Assembly (NCBI GenBank): GCA_951406725.2
Contig: OX597819.1
Coordinates: forward strand, 95,852,001 to 95,916,000
Direction: 5' to 3'
Source: Octopus vulgaris
Lineage: Eukaryota
DNA: 64,000 nucleotides
Of this stretch, positions 23,480-35,240 are shown piece after piece. The position numbers were made by a program, and so were the translations under genes. Each line of letters opens with the position of its first letter. Within the stretch, counting starts at the first letter, position 1. Under the pieces are notes generated by a model that saw only the letters and a program-made list of their open reading frames with translations, was not told where the DNA came from and ran no database searches.

Positions 23480-24800
23480 TATTCCTGCTACATACATAAT
23501 GGGGGCGATTTATGCGTTCGTCTTTTGTTCTGACCCTTTAGGGATAGCTTTCTCTTGGCCCATATTTGGGCAAGAATTGATAGCCTACTCATAGCTTTGT
23601 CCCAGTTCTCCACTTGGAGATCTGGACTGAACCAGACCTCAAGCAATCTTACCAGTCCATCAATCCAGCACCTCACAACGCTATTGGATAGCATGGATCT
23701 GCTTCTCCAGGTGCTGAATTCAGACCAACTGACTTGGTTGATTTTTGCGCCTATCACCACCTTGTTTTCCCTTGGAGCAGAACCGATCAGGATTATGTGC
23801 TTGGTGCCCGACACCAAGACAGTGACGTTCGTTTATGTATGTCGGCGCTGTCTCCCCACGTTCTAGTTCATGCGGAATGCTCCTTAACGTCCCCAGTTTC
23901 CGTAGTAATAAATGTAGAGTTAGTATAAACAGACGGGAAGAGAGGAAAAATCCTTGAAGATCCATTGCATAATACTAGAAAGTTCCGATAAGTGACAATT
24001 CACCTGAAGTACCCAGATGTAGCTGAACATTGTGATAATCCAGCCGCAGAAGACTGGACTGAAACCGGCCAACATGAGAGCAGCTGCTAAGTATTATTTG
24101 TTGAATTTATTTAAAGCTTCTGATTAATTAGGACTCCACTTATGCTAGGTTCTTTACACATTCTTTCTATGATGTATCGCATGCGGTAGAGGTTGTCAAG
24201 AAAAGACCTACTTGGGATGGCGCATATTTGCGCAGCACCAATCAGATCCTTGATGACAAGCGCAAACCTCTTCGCTAACAACTTGGTCAAAGTTTTGAAA
24301 TCTGCGTCTAGTAGAATTATGGGTCTAAAATTTACTTATTCACCTCCTTTGTTTCGGCTCTTTCTCAGCAGTATCACTGTTCCTCAACCCACAGAATTAG
24401 AAATTTTAAATTTCTGCTGCTAGTTACGGTAGATATCTGCCAAGCGGCCTCCAAAACAAGACAGACTTATAAAAGTAAAACTCGTAGGGCAGACTATCAA
24501 AACCACAGGCCCTCCGTGCAACCAGTCATAACTTACCGTATTTCTACGGGTGTTATTGGCTTTTTGCAACAATCTGCACCCCTTACCTAGCAGGCCGTTG
24601 ATGTGGACACTGAAATCACATTCCTGTTCACCATTCATCTCAATCCGTCGAGCGAAATACTGCTGATAAGCCATACACATTTGCTCGAGCTCAAGTAGCA
24701 TATACCCATTATGATCCATCAAAGACCATAATGGGTATATGCTACGTTGCACTTCTCTCATTTGGGTCCATTCAGCTTTTTCGCCCCCTCGTGCCTTAGT
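23480..24800 (-). mobile_element. Tx1/L1-clade LINE ORF2 (RT) remnant
   Basis: Minus-strand translation FRPIILLDADFKTLTKLLAKRFALVIKDLIGAAQICAIPSRSFLDNLYRMRYII, and later WAKRKLSLKG. Confidence 0.8.
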
Positions 24801-26482
24801 GCACTCGTTAAAAAGTAATTAAAATGACACTGAAAACTTGTTTTAAAGTATCATTAAACTAAAAAAGTTCAGCGAAATATTTTTCGAAACATGAAATTCA
24901 GAGAACATTTTACAAGGGAAGAGGAGTTAGGTCCCTTGAAAGTTCCTTCAATAATTTTGCTTGTATTTCGACATGCGTAAATTGATTATAAAAAATAAAG
25001 CAGTGTCAAAAATTTTACCGGAAAGATAATTTAATGTTGTTTTTATCTGTAGCAATTATTGTGCCTTTTATCACTATGTTTTGCTAATTTTGTCTTCGTC
25101 TGTTAGTTTGTTTTCAACTTCCGGTCAGCCATGCCATGCTGTTGTCACATTTTTGGTATTGACTCGGGTTTAAACATTTTATACTACGTAGTTTCAGCAT
25201 ATATGTATATATATATATATTTATATGATATAGAAGTGACATGTATAACAACCTAGGTGTATTCAAGGATAGACAGAAAGAAGACAGCGGAGCGGTATGT
25301 TAAGGTAAGATAGCTTGCGACTTAAGTGTGTTTCAATAATGTTACCTTGTGAATAAATACATAGACCGCATAACCCTCTTTGCATACGAGGGAGGCAGGT
25401 CCCTAACCTGGGACGCGACGAGCTGCGACACGTTCTCCGGCTCCAATCTTGCTGCATCGGTCGCAAACCCAGGTATCGCCGCAACTAACATAGAGGAGTG
25501 AATAGTAAATAAATACAGGAGCCTGACCGACCGGCCGCTATCAGTTTTTGCGGGTCACCAGGTGTTCTCGACTCCGCACTGCCGATTTCCTCTGAAAAAT
25601 CGAGAGGAGATGACTGCCGCCCATCTGGGAACTGAGTACTGCGAAGTTGGGATAGTTGCTGCAGCGAGTGTCACTTGCCAATCTCAGCGGCAACACCTTT
25701 GCAATCGCGTGCGAGGTGCGGCTAAACACGCCATTGGTCCGGAGTGTAGAACCCGTTTCTCACTCCACCCTTTCTTCTGCTGCTTAATTCCCCCACCTCC
25801 TTTTTTCCTTTTCCTTGGTGAGGTAGTGAATAATTTAATCTTTAATACTTTTAATGTTCTCTTCCTTCTTTTTCTTCTTGTAAAAATATGTTAATAAAAT
25901 ATCAAACATTGTTGTTAGGTAAAAAAAAAAAATATCATTGTATGAATTAGAATGTTTGTGACAGTAGTGGTGAGTAACGTAGCTATAAATGAAACTTACA
26001 ACTAAATTCTAACTATCAGTTTGATCATAATAAAGATTTTACTCTTTTTCCTGTGAATATATATCAATTGGTGCTCCAGTACATGGAAGTATACAGTGTG
26101 CATGTATTCGTGTTTAATTTACTGAAGGGGTCTGGAAAATCATCTATGCTTTATTCACTGTTAAATGACTCTAAATTGTGAACATTTCGCGTTAGTATAT
26201 ATATATATATTTTATTATTCTTGCAGTTTCATTAACTCCATATTAAGATTGATCTTGTTGTATTTCAGGAATTATTTTTATTTTCAAAACTGGATTTCAA
26301 AAGGAAGATGTCACACTGACTAAAGAATGCCAACATTGAACTTAAAACACCTACTTTGAAAATTGTGACAGGTCATTTGCTCAAGGTATACGAGATTTAT
26401 ATGAAAGCAATTTTTAGAATTGTTGATACACGCTGTTATGCTATTGTGAACGTCCAGGGAATTATTGTTAAAAGAGAAAATT

Positions 26483-27010
26483 ATGCATCCTGGAGATAAA
26501 TTATACTGCTGTGATATTTGTGATAAAACATTCTCTAACAACAGTAATTTAAGGAGGCATAAACGAACTCATACTGGGGAGAAACCATACGACTGTGAAT
26601 TTTGTGGGAAAGAATTTTCATCTAATTTCAATTTAAAGAAACATAAAACTATTCACACTGGAGATAGACCGTATCGCTGTGAAGTATGTGGTAAAGGTTA
26701 TTCATGCAATGTACATTTGAAGAGACATGAAATGGTTCACTCAGAAGAGAGACCTTATTACTGTGATATTTGTGGTAAAACATTTGCAAGTAGTAGTGAC
26801 ATAACAAGACATAAAATAGTTCATACAAAGGAGAAACTATTCCAGTGTGAAATTTGTGGTAAAACTTTCTCATATAATGGTGATTTGAAACAACATAAAA
26901 TGGTTCACACTGGGGAGAGACCATACCGCTGTGACATATGTGGTAAAGCATTCTCTAGAAGATATGGTGTAACTAGGCATAAAATGGTTCACATTCGAGA
27001 AAATCCATAG
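26483..27010 (+). CDS. C2H2 zinc-finger protein, 6 fingers (175 aa from the first ATG)
   Basis: Six intact CxxC...HxxxH units with TGE[KR]PY linkers. Candidate upstream splice acceptors at about 26226 and 26268. Confidence 0.85.
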   Translation: MHPGDKLYCCDICDKTFSNNSNLRRHKRTHTGEKPYDCEFCGKEFSSNFNLKKHKTIHTGDRPYRCEVCGKGYSCNVHLKRHEMVHSEERPYYCDICGKTFASSSDITRHKIVHTKEKLFQCEICGKTFSYNGDLKQHKMVHTGERPYRCDICGKAFSRRYGVTRHKMVHIRENP

Positions 27011-27772
27011 TTATGGACTATTATAGTTATTGGTATCCGTCCATGAGAAGAAGAATGAAATGAGATTTGATGTTTATTTCTTTCTGTGGCATTTACAGAA
27101 TCCATGTTGATTAGCTACAACCAAGAATTGAAACCCAGGCTTCAAATTCCGTTTGATGAACAGCTAGAGATCTTGTAAGGTTGTTTACATTTTCTGTCAT
27201 GTGGTTCCTAAGGGAGAGAAATTCCACCTTTGTGAAATCTTTCATAAACGATTTTAAAGAAAATGATGGCTCAATTAAACATTTTAAAAATTAAGTTATT
27301 CATCCTCACCAACACCACCACCACCAATCAAATGTGGCTGATGTTCTAGCTAGAACATCTGGAGAGAAAATCTTGGTGGAGAGAGAATGGTTCTAATGTT
27401 TGCAATAGATGAATTGTGCTAAGAGCAACCAGTGAGTAGGTTTTGTTAAATCTGATGATGCGTTGGAGCTACAGCCTATGGAAATGATTTACAGTGAAAA
27501 TACAATCTAGCAGCATTGTTTTATTGACAGGAAAACATTTCCTGAATATATTGATTCTAGGAATTGAGCTAAACAAGATATCGTTATATTGGGAAAATTT
27601 ATTTTTTAAGAAATTCATTCATATTTAACATAAATTGCTTCAGACTGAGAAGATGGCATGCTTTGTTGTCCAAAAATATTATGTTGAACAATGATAGGAA
27701 AAAGTCATTTTTATGACATGTACAAATCCTAGCATTGGAGAGTGGACATTAAACATTACAAATAAATAGACT

Positions 27773-27910
27773 GGATCTTTTTGGTTTGAACGGCAATTTT
27801 TAACAATTTCTAGGTAGCTAAAAAATTTTAAACTCCGTATACTGGTAGAATGTGTTTATAAAACACCTTTTTCTCTTGGCTTTATTGAGAAAATTTTATA
27901 GAAAAGATCC
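27773..27910. mobile_element. Short MITE-like element with 9-bp terminal inverted repeats
   Basis: ggatctttt ... aaaagatcc. The body is homologous to 22200-22330, inverted. Confidence 0.45.
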
Positions 27911-28227
27911 TTAGTAATAAAAGAAACCATACATCAAAAATCTTGCAAAACAGATATATAAACATAACAACGTGAGCCCTAGTCAGGCTAGCAAGACACT
28001 GAAGGACACTGTATTCAGTTGCCTACAGAAAACCATGACGACTCAACAGCTTCAGTTTATTAAACAATGTGTCTCCTCCAAAATATGCATTAACAGAGTG
28101 ACATCCAATGTTGAACAGCTTGATCTCACCAAAGGCCAAGCTGAAAAGCTAAAAAGAACGCTGATGGCGAATATTAAAAACAAAATATACAAAGAACTAA
28201 GTGAGCAAGAAAAACGCAAACGCATAT

Positions 28228-28482
28228 TCATCACCATCATCATCATCATCGTTTAACGTCCGTTTTCCATGCTAGCATGGGTTGGATGGTTCAACTGGGG
28301 TCTGGGAAGCCAGAAGGCTGCATCAGGCCAAGTCTGATCTGGCAGTGTTTCTACAGCTGGATGCCCTTCCTAACGCCAACCACTCCATGAATGTAGTGGG
28401 TGCTTTTTATGTGCCACCAGCACGGGGGCCAGACGAGGCTGGCAACGCCCACAATTGGATGGTGCTTTTTACGTGCCACCAA
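28228..28482 (-). mobile_element. RTE 3'-tail copy nested in the Penelope ORF
   Basis: Family C sequence interrupts the Penelope N-terminal frame. Confidence 0.8.
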
Positions 28483-28871
28483 AATTAGAAACATCACCAC
28501 ACGAACAGAGAGAACCACATTTATGGATATAATACATGCAGAGAACAAACATATTATACACCAGTGCAATAGACAATTTAAAAAGAAATTGTCGTGGTTA
28601 AAACAAACAATATTATAAACTCGCAAAAGAAGAGAAACAGAGGTATCTAGATACAATAAACGGAATTATTACAGCAGATGTCCCACTACCAGCAGAATTC
28701 AGCAAGGACAATGAAGCGAACATCTATGGGGGACTAACAACGGACCCAGGCGAAATATCGATTCTTCAACTACCACCAAAATATGCGATATATAATAAGG
28801 TGAATACCATCCAATGCCTATCCAAGAGTGAAAAGTCGTTCACAAAAATACGTTGGAATTTAAAGATGTAC

Positions 28872-29730
28872 AAAAACAACACAAATAACAACAACAACAC
28901 AGATGACAACAACACGAACAACAAAAACTGCAGCAACAACAACACAAACAATAATGACCACCACAACAACAACCGTAGCAACAAAAACAACACGAACAGC
29001 TACAACCCCAACAGCAGCGACAACAACAACAACAACAGCAAAAATGAATGCATGAACACAAGCAACAGATATAAATACAAAAACATAAACAGAAAAAAAT
29101 CGTATACAACAGCAACAACAACAATTATAGGGGGAACGGACACACAAACACACACACAGATAACCATCGTCACAAGGACACGAATAAAAGTTGTGTCATG
29201 GGGGTCACGATGGAGAATAAAGTTGAATGCAACAGAATTCTTGGACAGGGAGTCAATAGACTTGAAACAGAAAACACTACTGGTAGGAACAAAAATAACA
29301 ACCACAACAGAGGGAATAGCAGGGACCAACAAACAGACATAAGAACCAACACTAATACGAACAACACATACACCAGAAACAGGAACAATGAGAATGTCAC
29401 TAGCGATAATCAGAATGATAGCAATAATGGTAGTGGTAGGAATAACAGTAATAGCAATAGTGGTAGTAGTAGTGGTGGTGGGGGTTGTAGTGGTGGTGGT
29501 AGTAGTAGTGGTGGTGGTAGCAGTGGTGATGGTAGTAGTAGTGGTGGTTGGTGGTAACAGGAGAAGTAGTAATGATGGTTGTAGAGATAGTTGTGGTGGT
29601 GATAGTAATAGTAGTAGTAGTGGTGGTGATGATAGTGGTAATGGTGGCAATAGTGGTGATAATAGTAGTGGGGTTGATGATGGGAACAGTAATGACAGAA
29701 ATAGTAGTAGCGGTAATGAAGAAGATAACT
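28872..29730. repeat. Compound trinucleotide low-complexity tract (AAC-rich, then AGT/GGT-rich) inside Penelope
   Basis: Visible (AAC)n and (GGT/AGT)n runs. These produce the many overlapping low-complexity ORFs. Confidence 0.9.
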
Positions 29731-32505
29731 CTAGAAGGGCCATTAACATGTATACCCACCCCTTTGACACTCAATTCTTCAACATATGTGACAAATCTTA
29801 CAACATGAGCCGAATTTACCTGACAACATTACCCTTTAACAAAAGGGTCTGCATCCCAAGGCATACTAATGACCATATGAAAGCACAGTTCACTATAGCT
29901 AGGACCAAACTTAGATTTTAGAACTATACACTAAGAGACAGAGACAGAATAAGACAGAGGCCCAACAACTCGGGATTAAACCTGCATGTGGCCTACGTAA
30001 GCTCATTCAGCACACGAGGAATGGAGAGGTGGTATGCCTTCCCACAGATAAGTCCGGCAGGATGTCAATAGACAGCTTACTGAACTACATCCAGGCAATG
30101 CAACCTCATATCGCTAATACGAAAGTAACAACTTTACAGGCGCTTGAGGAGAGAGAAAAGGTCCCCAATGCCCATATGATGATGTGGACAATTGTTCTTG
30201 GACCACAGAAATGCACAGCTAACAATTTTGAAGTCTGGAACAATGATATCCCGGCACTGTATTGACTTCGCAAGGACCATAAAGTAACCACTGACCCTGT
30301 AGCAGGACCACCAACAAGACCAGTCTGTGGAGCGAATATCGCTAGCAACTACAAGATCTCCTACTTCCTCTCAATGATCCGGATGTCACCTGATGTTTGT
30401 GACAGCACAGATCTCCTCAGCAGGATCAACAACTGTAACAACACTTGTGACCTGACAGGATGTTTGGTGGGTAGCATGGATGTGGTATCCCTATACCCAT
30501 CGATTGACGTGGATTTTGCAGTGGAGAAGTGCGTGGAGATGATCAACGAGAGCGAGGTGGAGTTCCGCAATGTCAACACAGAGGAACTGGGCCTCAACTT
30601 AGACTGACATATGACAACGAATACCTTGATAAACATGATCTTAGTAGTTTTTGCCCCAGTAGACGTTTAAGAGGTAGACCACCCACAATTACTTCTATGG
30701 CTAGGAAGACCCATATAGAGAGATGGAGCGGATGGACCAGAGCCATACAAACCCCCGCAAATGTCCATCAGGTAAAGAAAATGATTGCTCATGCACTAGG
30801 AGTTAGTATAAGAGTTACCCTAAAAGGCCACACGTTTAAGTTTAACAATAAAATATATGCCCAGGACGAGGGGGCAGCCATCGGCGTTAGTATCGCCGGT
30901 GACATGGCCAACCTTTTCATGGTATGGTGGGACAGAAGTCTTAAGGAACGCCTAACACAGAACTCCATACTCGTGAATATGTACTTTCACTATGTTGATG
31001 ATATCAACATAGTGGTAAAGGCACCCCCACAGGAGAGTACTCTTGAAATAGAAATAGAAACTAATACTATGGAGAGCATTCAGCAAATAGCTAACTCCAT
31101 CCACCAGAGTATTAAGGTCAAGATAGACTACCCTACTAAACACCCTAACCATAGACTACCAGTACTAGACACAGAACTCTGGCTAGAAACTGAGAATAAT
31201 AAAACCCGAATCCTTCATTTGTACTATGACAAACCTATGGCCTCCAAATACTTGATCCACCGGAACTCAGCTATCGCGGACAATGCCAAATTCAATATTT
31301 TGATGGCACACCTCGTCAGAATAATGCGAAATGTGTCCTGCATGTGTGAGCCTACAGAGTTAAAGAGACACATAGAACATTTCGTTCACCGCATGCAGTT
31401 CTCAGGTTACAGCCATAAAGAAAGGATCAGAGTATACAAAGGAGCCATGAAGAAATTTGATACTATCTTATGTAATGATGGGATTTGCCCACTCTATAGG
31501 AGCAAGTCATGGAACACCATGGAAAGGACAAAGAAGAAAATAGGGAAGGCCAGCTCTTGGTATGATAGCCATAAATAATAGAGTGTCATGTTCGTTGACA
31601 CCACCCCTAGAGGTGAACTGGCATACTGCTTTAGAAGGGCCCTAGACAAACTTAAGCTAAAGATTAAGGTTGTTGAAAGGCCAGGCAACTCTATCAAATC
31701 CATAATCGGTAGAACTTACCCTTTTAGTAGAACACCCTGTACAGATAGGAACTGTACTGTGTGTATATTTAGCCCACAAACAAACTGTAAAGCCAGAAAT
31801 GTAGTCTATAGTATAAGATGTATAGAGGGACAATGCAGTAACAAGACAACGACATATGTAGGGGAATTGGCACGGAGCATAGGAGAGCGGGTAACTGAAC
31901 ATTGGAGAGAACTTAAGGAAGGAAAGAGCTCATCGGTTCTGTACCAACATGCCAAGCAGGAACATGGGGCTCAATCAACAACATAGAAGTTAAAATCTTG
32001 TCCACACACAGAACAGACGCAACAATCAGACAGATTACAGAAGCTACACACATAATAGAAGATAAACCTAGCCTGAATAGGAAACTGGAATGGAACACTA
32101 GCACACACCACAGCATATGACAAGAAGATCCCCACAAACTGATTACAATATAAACAAAACTAAAAACATAATAAAGTAAAATACACAAATAAACAAATGG
32201 AAGTAAATAACTATATACATTTATTATTATTATTATTATTATTATACATACATAATAATAATAATAAGTAGGTGTAAACACATGATCAAAATATTTAAAA
32301 AAATAAACAAAAACAAATTACACGAACATATAAACAGGAGATACAAATATTACAGGCACCCCCACACACACACACACTAACTAAACATAGACACACATAG
32401 AGGTATACGCATGCGCAAATGAAGACACATACAATAGAAATACAAAATACAAAATGGCTGACCGTTAGTAAGGAGAGACACACAAATAAGAAAGAAGAAA
32501 GCAGA

Positions 32506-32550
32506 GGACCACTGATGAGGTCACGGGAGTGTGACGAAAAAACTCTGGCC
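32506..32550 (+). ncRNA. Minimal type I hammerhead ribozyme motif (Penelope terminal repeat), partly decayed
   Basis: gacca-CTGATGA-g-GTCAC-gggagt-GTGAC-GAAA-aaac-TC-tggcc. Core boxes, a 5-bp stem II and a 4/5-bp stem I are present. Stem III is eroded. Confidence 0.75.
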
Positions 32551-33395
32551 GAAATAAGATTAAGATTAATAAATAACGCTGAAGCAAAGTAACACCAAAT
32601 ATATAGTGCGTGTGTTTTTATTGGCTAAACTGGCAAAATGACCATTCCTAAATACAACAATATCTGTTTCAACACACGATTTCGCATCAAAAATCTTGCA
32701 AAACAAATATATAGACATAAAAACCATACATTGTTTTATCCTTTTACTAAATTAGGACACTGTTTCTATGGGTTTTAGTCAATTACATCAAATCCAGTAC
32801 TTACTTTATCAATCTGTATTTATTGAATTGCTAAGTTAGGCTTTGATATAAACGAAAACAATGCTGATAAACATAACACAGTGACACATACATCTGCTTT
32901 CCCAATGCTGGAAGATGAGGCAGTACTTTTTGGTCAGATGCCCCTCGTGTCACCAACCCTTATCTGTTTTTTTCAAGTAAGGGATTTAAAAAAAATTCCA
33001 CTGGTCTTCACAAGTATAGAATTACAACTGCAGAATGTATCGTTTACAAGGAATATAGACATGACATCACAGATTTGCTCAAGCACCATCATGCAAGGAT
33101 ATGTGGGATATAAACTTCCATACACACATACATGTATCTATATCACTGTCATCATTTTAATGTCCACATTTCCATGCTTGCATGACTCAAATGGCAGATT
33201 TTCTATGGCTGAGTGCTTTCCCTGTCACCAAACCTCCTGATTCCAATTCAGGTAATATTTCTCCAGAGCTGGACATGTTTCCTTGGAAGTTTGGAAATGA
33301 AGGTGAAGGATAATGCTTGTATGACAACAATAGTTCCTCTTTGGATTTGGTTTGCAAGATTCTTTATATGATTTTGTGTGTTGAAGCATTTTCCA

Positions 33396-33514
33396 CTTTT
33401 TTCTTATTTTTATTTTCCTAAAATTTTCGTTGCATCTTGCAACCTTTTCAATAGTCTCTTGAAAAGATTGCAAGATGCAACGAAAATTTTAGGAAAATAA
33501 AAATAAGAAAAAAG
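33396..33514. repeat. Near-perfect inverted repeat (56-bp arms, 7-nt loop)
   Basis: Arms 33396-33451 and 33459-33514 with one mismatch. A single-arm homologue lies at about 6367-6420. Confidence 0.9.
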
Positions 33515-34821
33515 AAATTTTACCGTGAGTGTGTTACATTATAAGGCACAAAAAGAAAATGACTCTCCCCAGATGCAACAACAATAGTTGTTTTACAACT
33601 ATTGTGTGATGGAAAGACAAGGAGATATTAAAAAACACACCTTCACACATTCTGACACACATATTTGTATATATGATAAGCTTGTTTCAGTTTATGACTT
33701 CCAAATTCACTCAAAGATTTGGTTGGCACAGACCTTTAATAAAAGATATTTATCCAAGTAGAACTGAACCCCAAACCATAAGGTTGGGAAGCAAACTTCT
33801 TAACCAGATGCTATATCTATCTATCTGTCTGTCTGTATGTATGTATACATACACAGTGATTGATACAGATGTATACATGTGTCTGTACGTATGTGTATAT
33901 ATGGTTTGACATGATCCAATGGGTCCAAGGACAGCACTGTGCTCCAGTGCCTGCTTTGGCATGGTTTCTACAGCTGGGTGTTCTTGCTAACACTGACCAA
34001 TTTAGAGTGAGTCCTAGGTGTTTGTTTTTCATGCCTCCAGCACTATTGAGATTGCCAAGCAGCTCACAAGACTATGAACCTTAAGGGAAGAGGGATCAGC
34101 TTTATGCTAGGACATGAGAGGTTAAAGTCTGAAAGAAGGAAGGAGCAGAGCAGGCTCTTGTAGAGGAATTGCATAGCTGCTTGTATTTATCAGGTGAGGG
34201 AGAGAAATGGTCTGCAGGTACTGCAATGAGATAGATTATGGTGATGAAGTACCTGGATGGCTCCTCAAGACACAAGGTGAGTAGATGGGGTGGGTGGGGA
34301 CTTGCAAGATTGTATGGGGTGTATGAGTCGAGGTGATGGCAAAGCAAACTAATTATAAAAATTGGGTGGGGCTGAAGGTTGAATAACTGATAAGTCATAG
34401 GTTGAGGAAGATAGAGGGATGCAGAAGAGAGCAGAGTGGCAGGATAGTAATGATGCTATAGTTGACGGGAAGGACAAGAAAGATGACATGGTTGGATAGG
34501 CTGCAAGAGTGTTAAGGAAAGAGGCAAGCATTGTGCATGATCAGAGGTAATTTGGTTCAGTTGGGTGGTTGATGGAATGAATCACTAGTGTATGTCTAGT
34601 GCTTCTAGAACTCAGTTTCCCTGAAATGGTTGGGTCTACTCAAGAACCTCATACTGCCAGATATTTTAGTTCTTTGTCATCTCAACGAGGCACAGGATCC
34701 TGAGATTAGCCTTCACCACTTCATCTCATGTCTTCCTGGGTCTCCCTCCTCCATGAGATCCAACCACATTAAATGATCAGCACTTTTTTTATACAGTTAT
34801 CCTCATCCATGCACATCACAT

Positions 34822-34855
<34 letters not shown>

Positions 34856-35240
34856 CAGCAGCAGCAGTAGTAGCAGCAGCAGTAGTAGTATGGGAGCATG
34901 CTCTGCAACAGCACATTGCTGCATCCACCATTTGTTGGTGATTCCCTACTATTTCTGGTGGATGATGCCTCTGCATCACTCGGGTGACAACCCTCTAACT
35001 CATGGGTTTGTTTGGTTAGTTGTTGCTAGTCAGAGTGCAAATCCTACCTTGACCTTTTTTAGTTCCCTCTATGACATGCAGAGGAAATGGGTCTATTCTT
35101 TGACATGCTGGACCTCACACAGCACAACTAGAGACCAATGATAAAATAAATACTAGGCTTAGTGTGATTGACTAAACACCATTAGATGGTGCTCCAGCAA
35201 GGGTGCAGTCCAATAGAAAAAGGTTTGTGTGTGTGTGTAT

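Larger units (their letters stand above)
27935..32720 (+). mobile_element. Penelope-like retroelement (RT + GIY-YIG, Neptune-like), complete insertion with decayed ORF
   Basis: RT motifs GSMDVVSLYPSID, GAAIGVSIAGDMANLFM, YVDDI. Cys cluster then NVVYSIRC...YVGE..RSIGERVTEH. TSD aaaccatacat at 27924-27934 and 32721-32731. 33-bp terminal redundancy. Confidence 0.92.

Noticed and set aside
22200-27910. Inverted homologous ends as TIRs of one transposon capturing the ZNF at 26483
   Set aside because: The ends face outward, so they belong to two separate copies.
28766-29921. Many long overlapping ORFs (poly-Cys, poly-Val, poly-Thr, poly-His)
   Set aside because: They are by-products of trinucleotide repeats in alternative frames.
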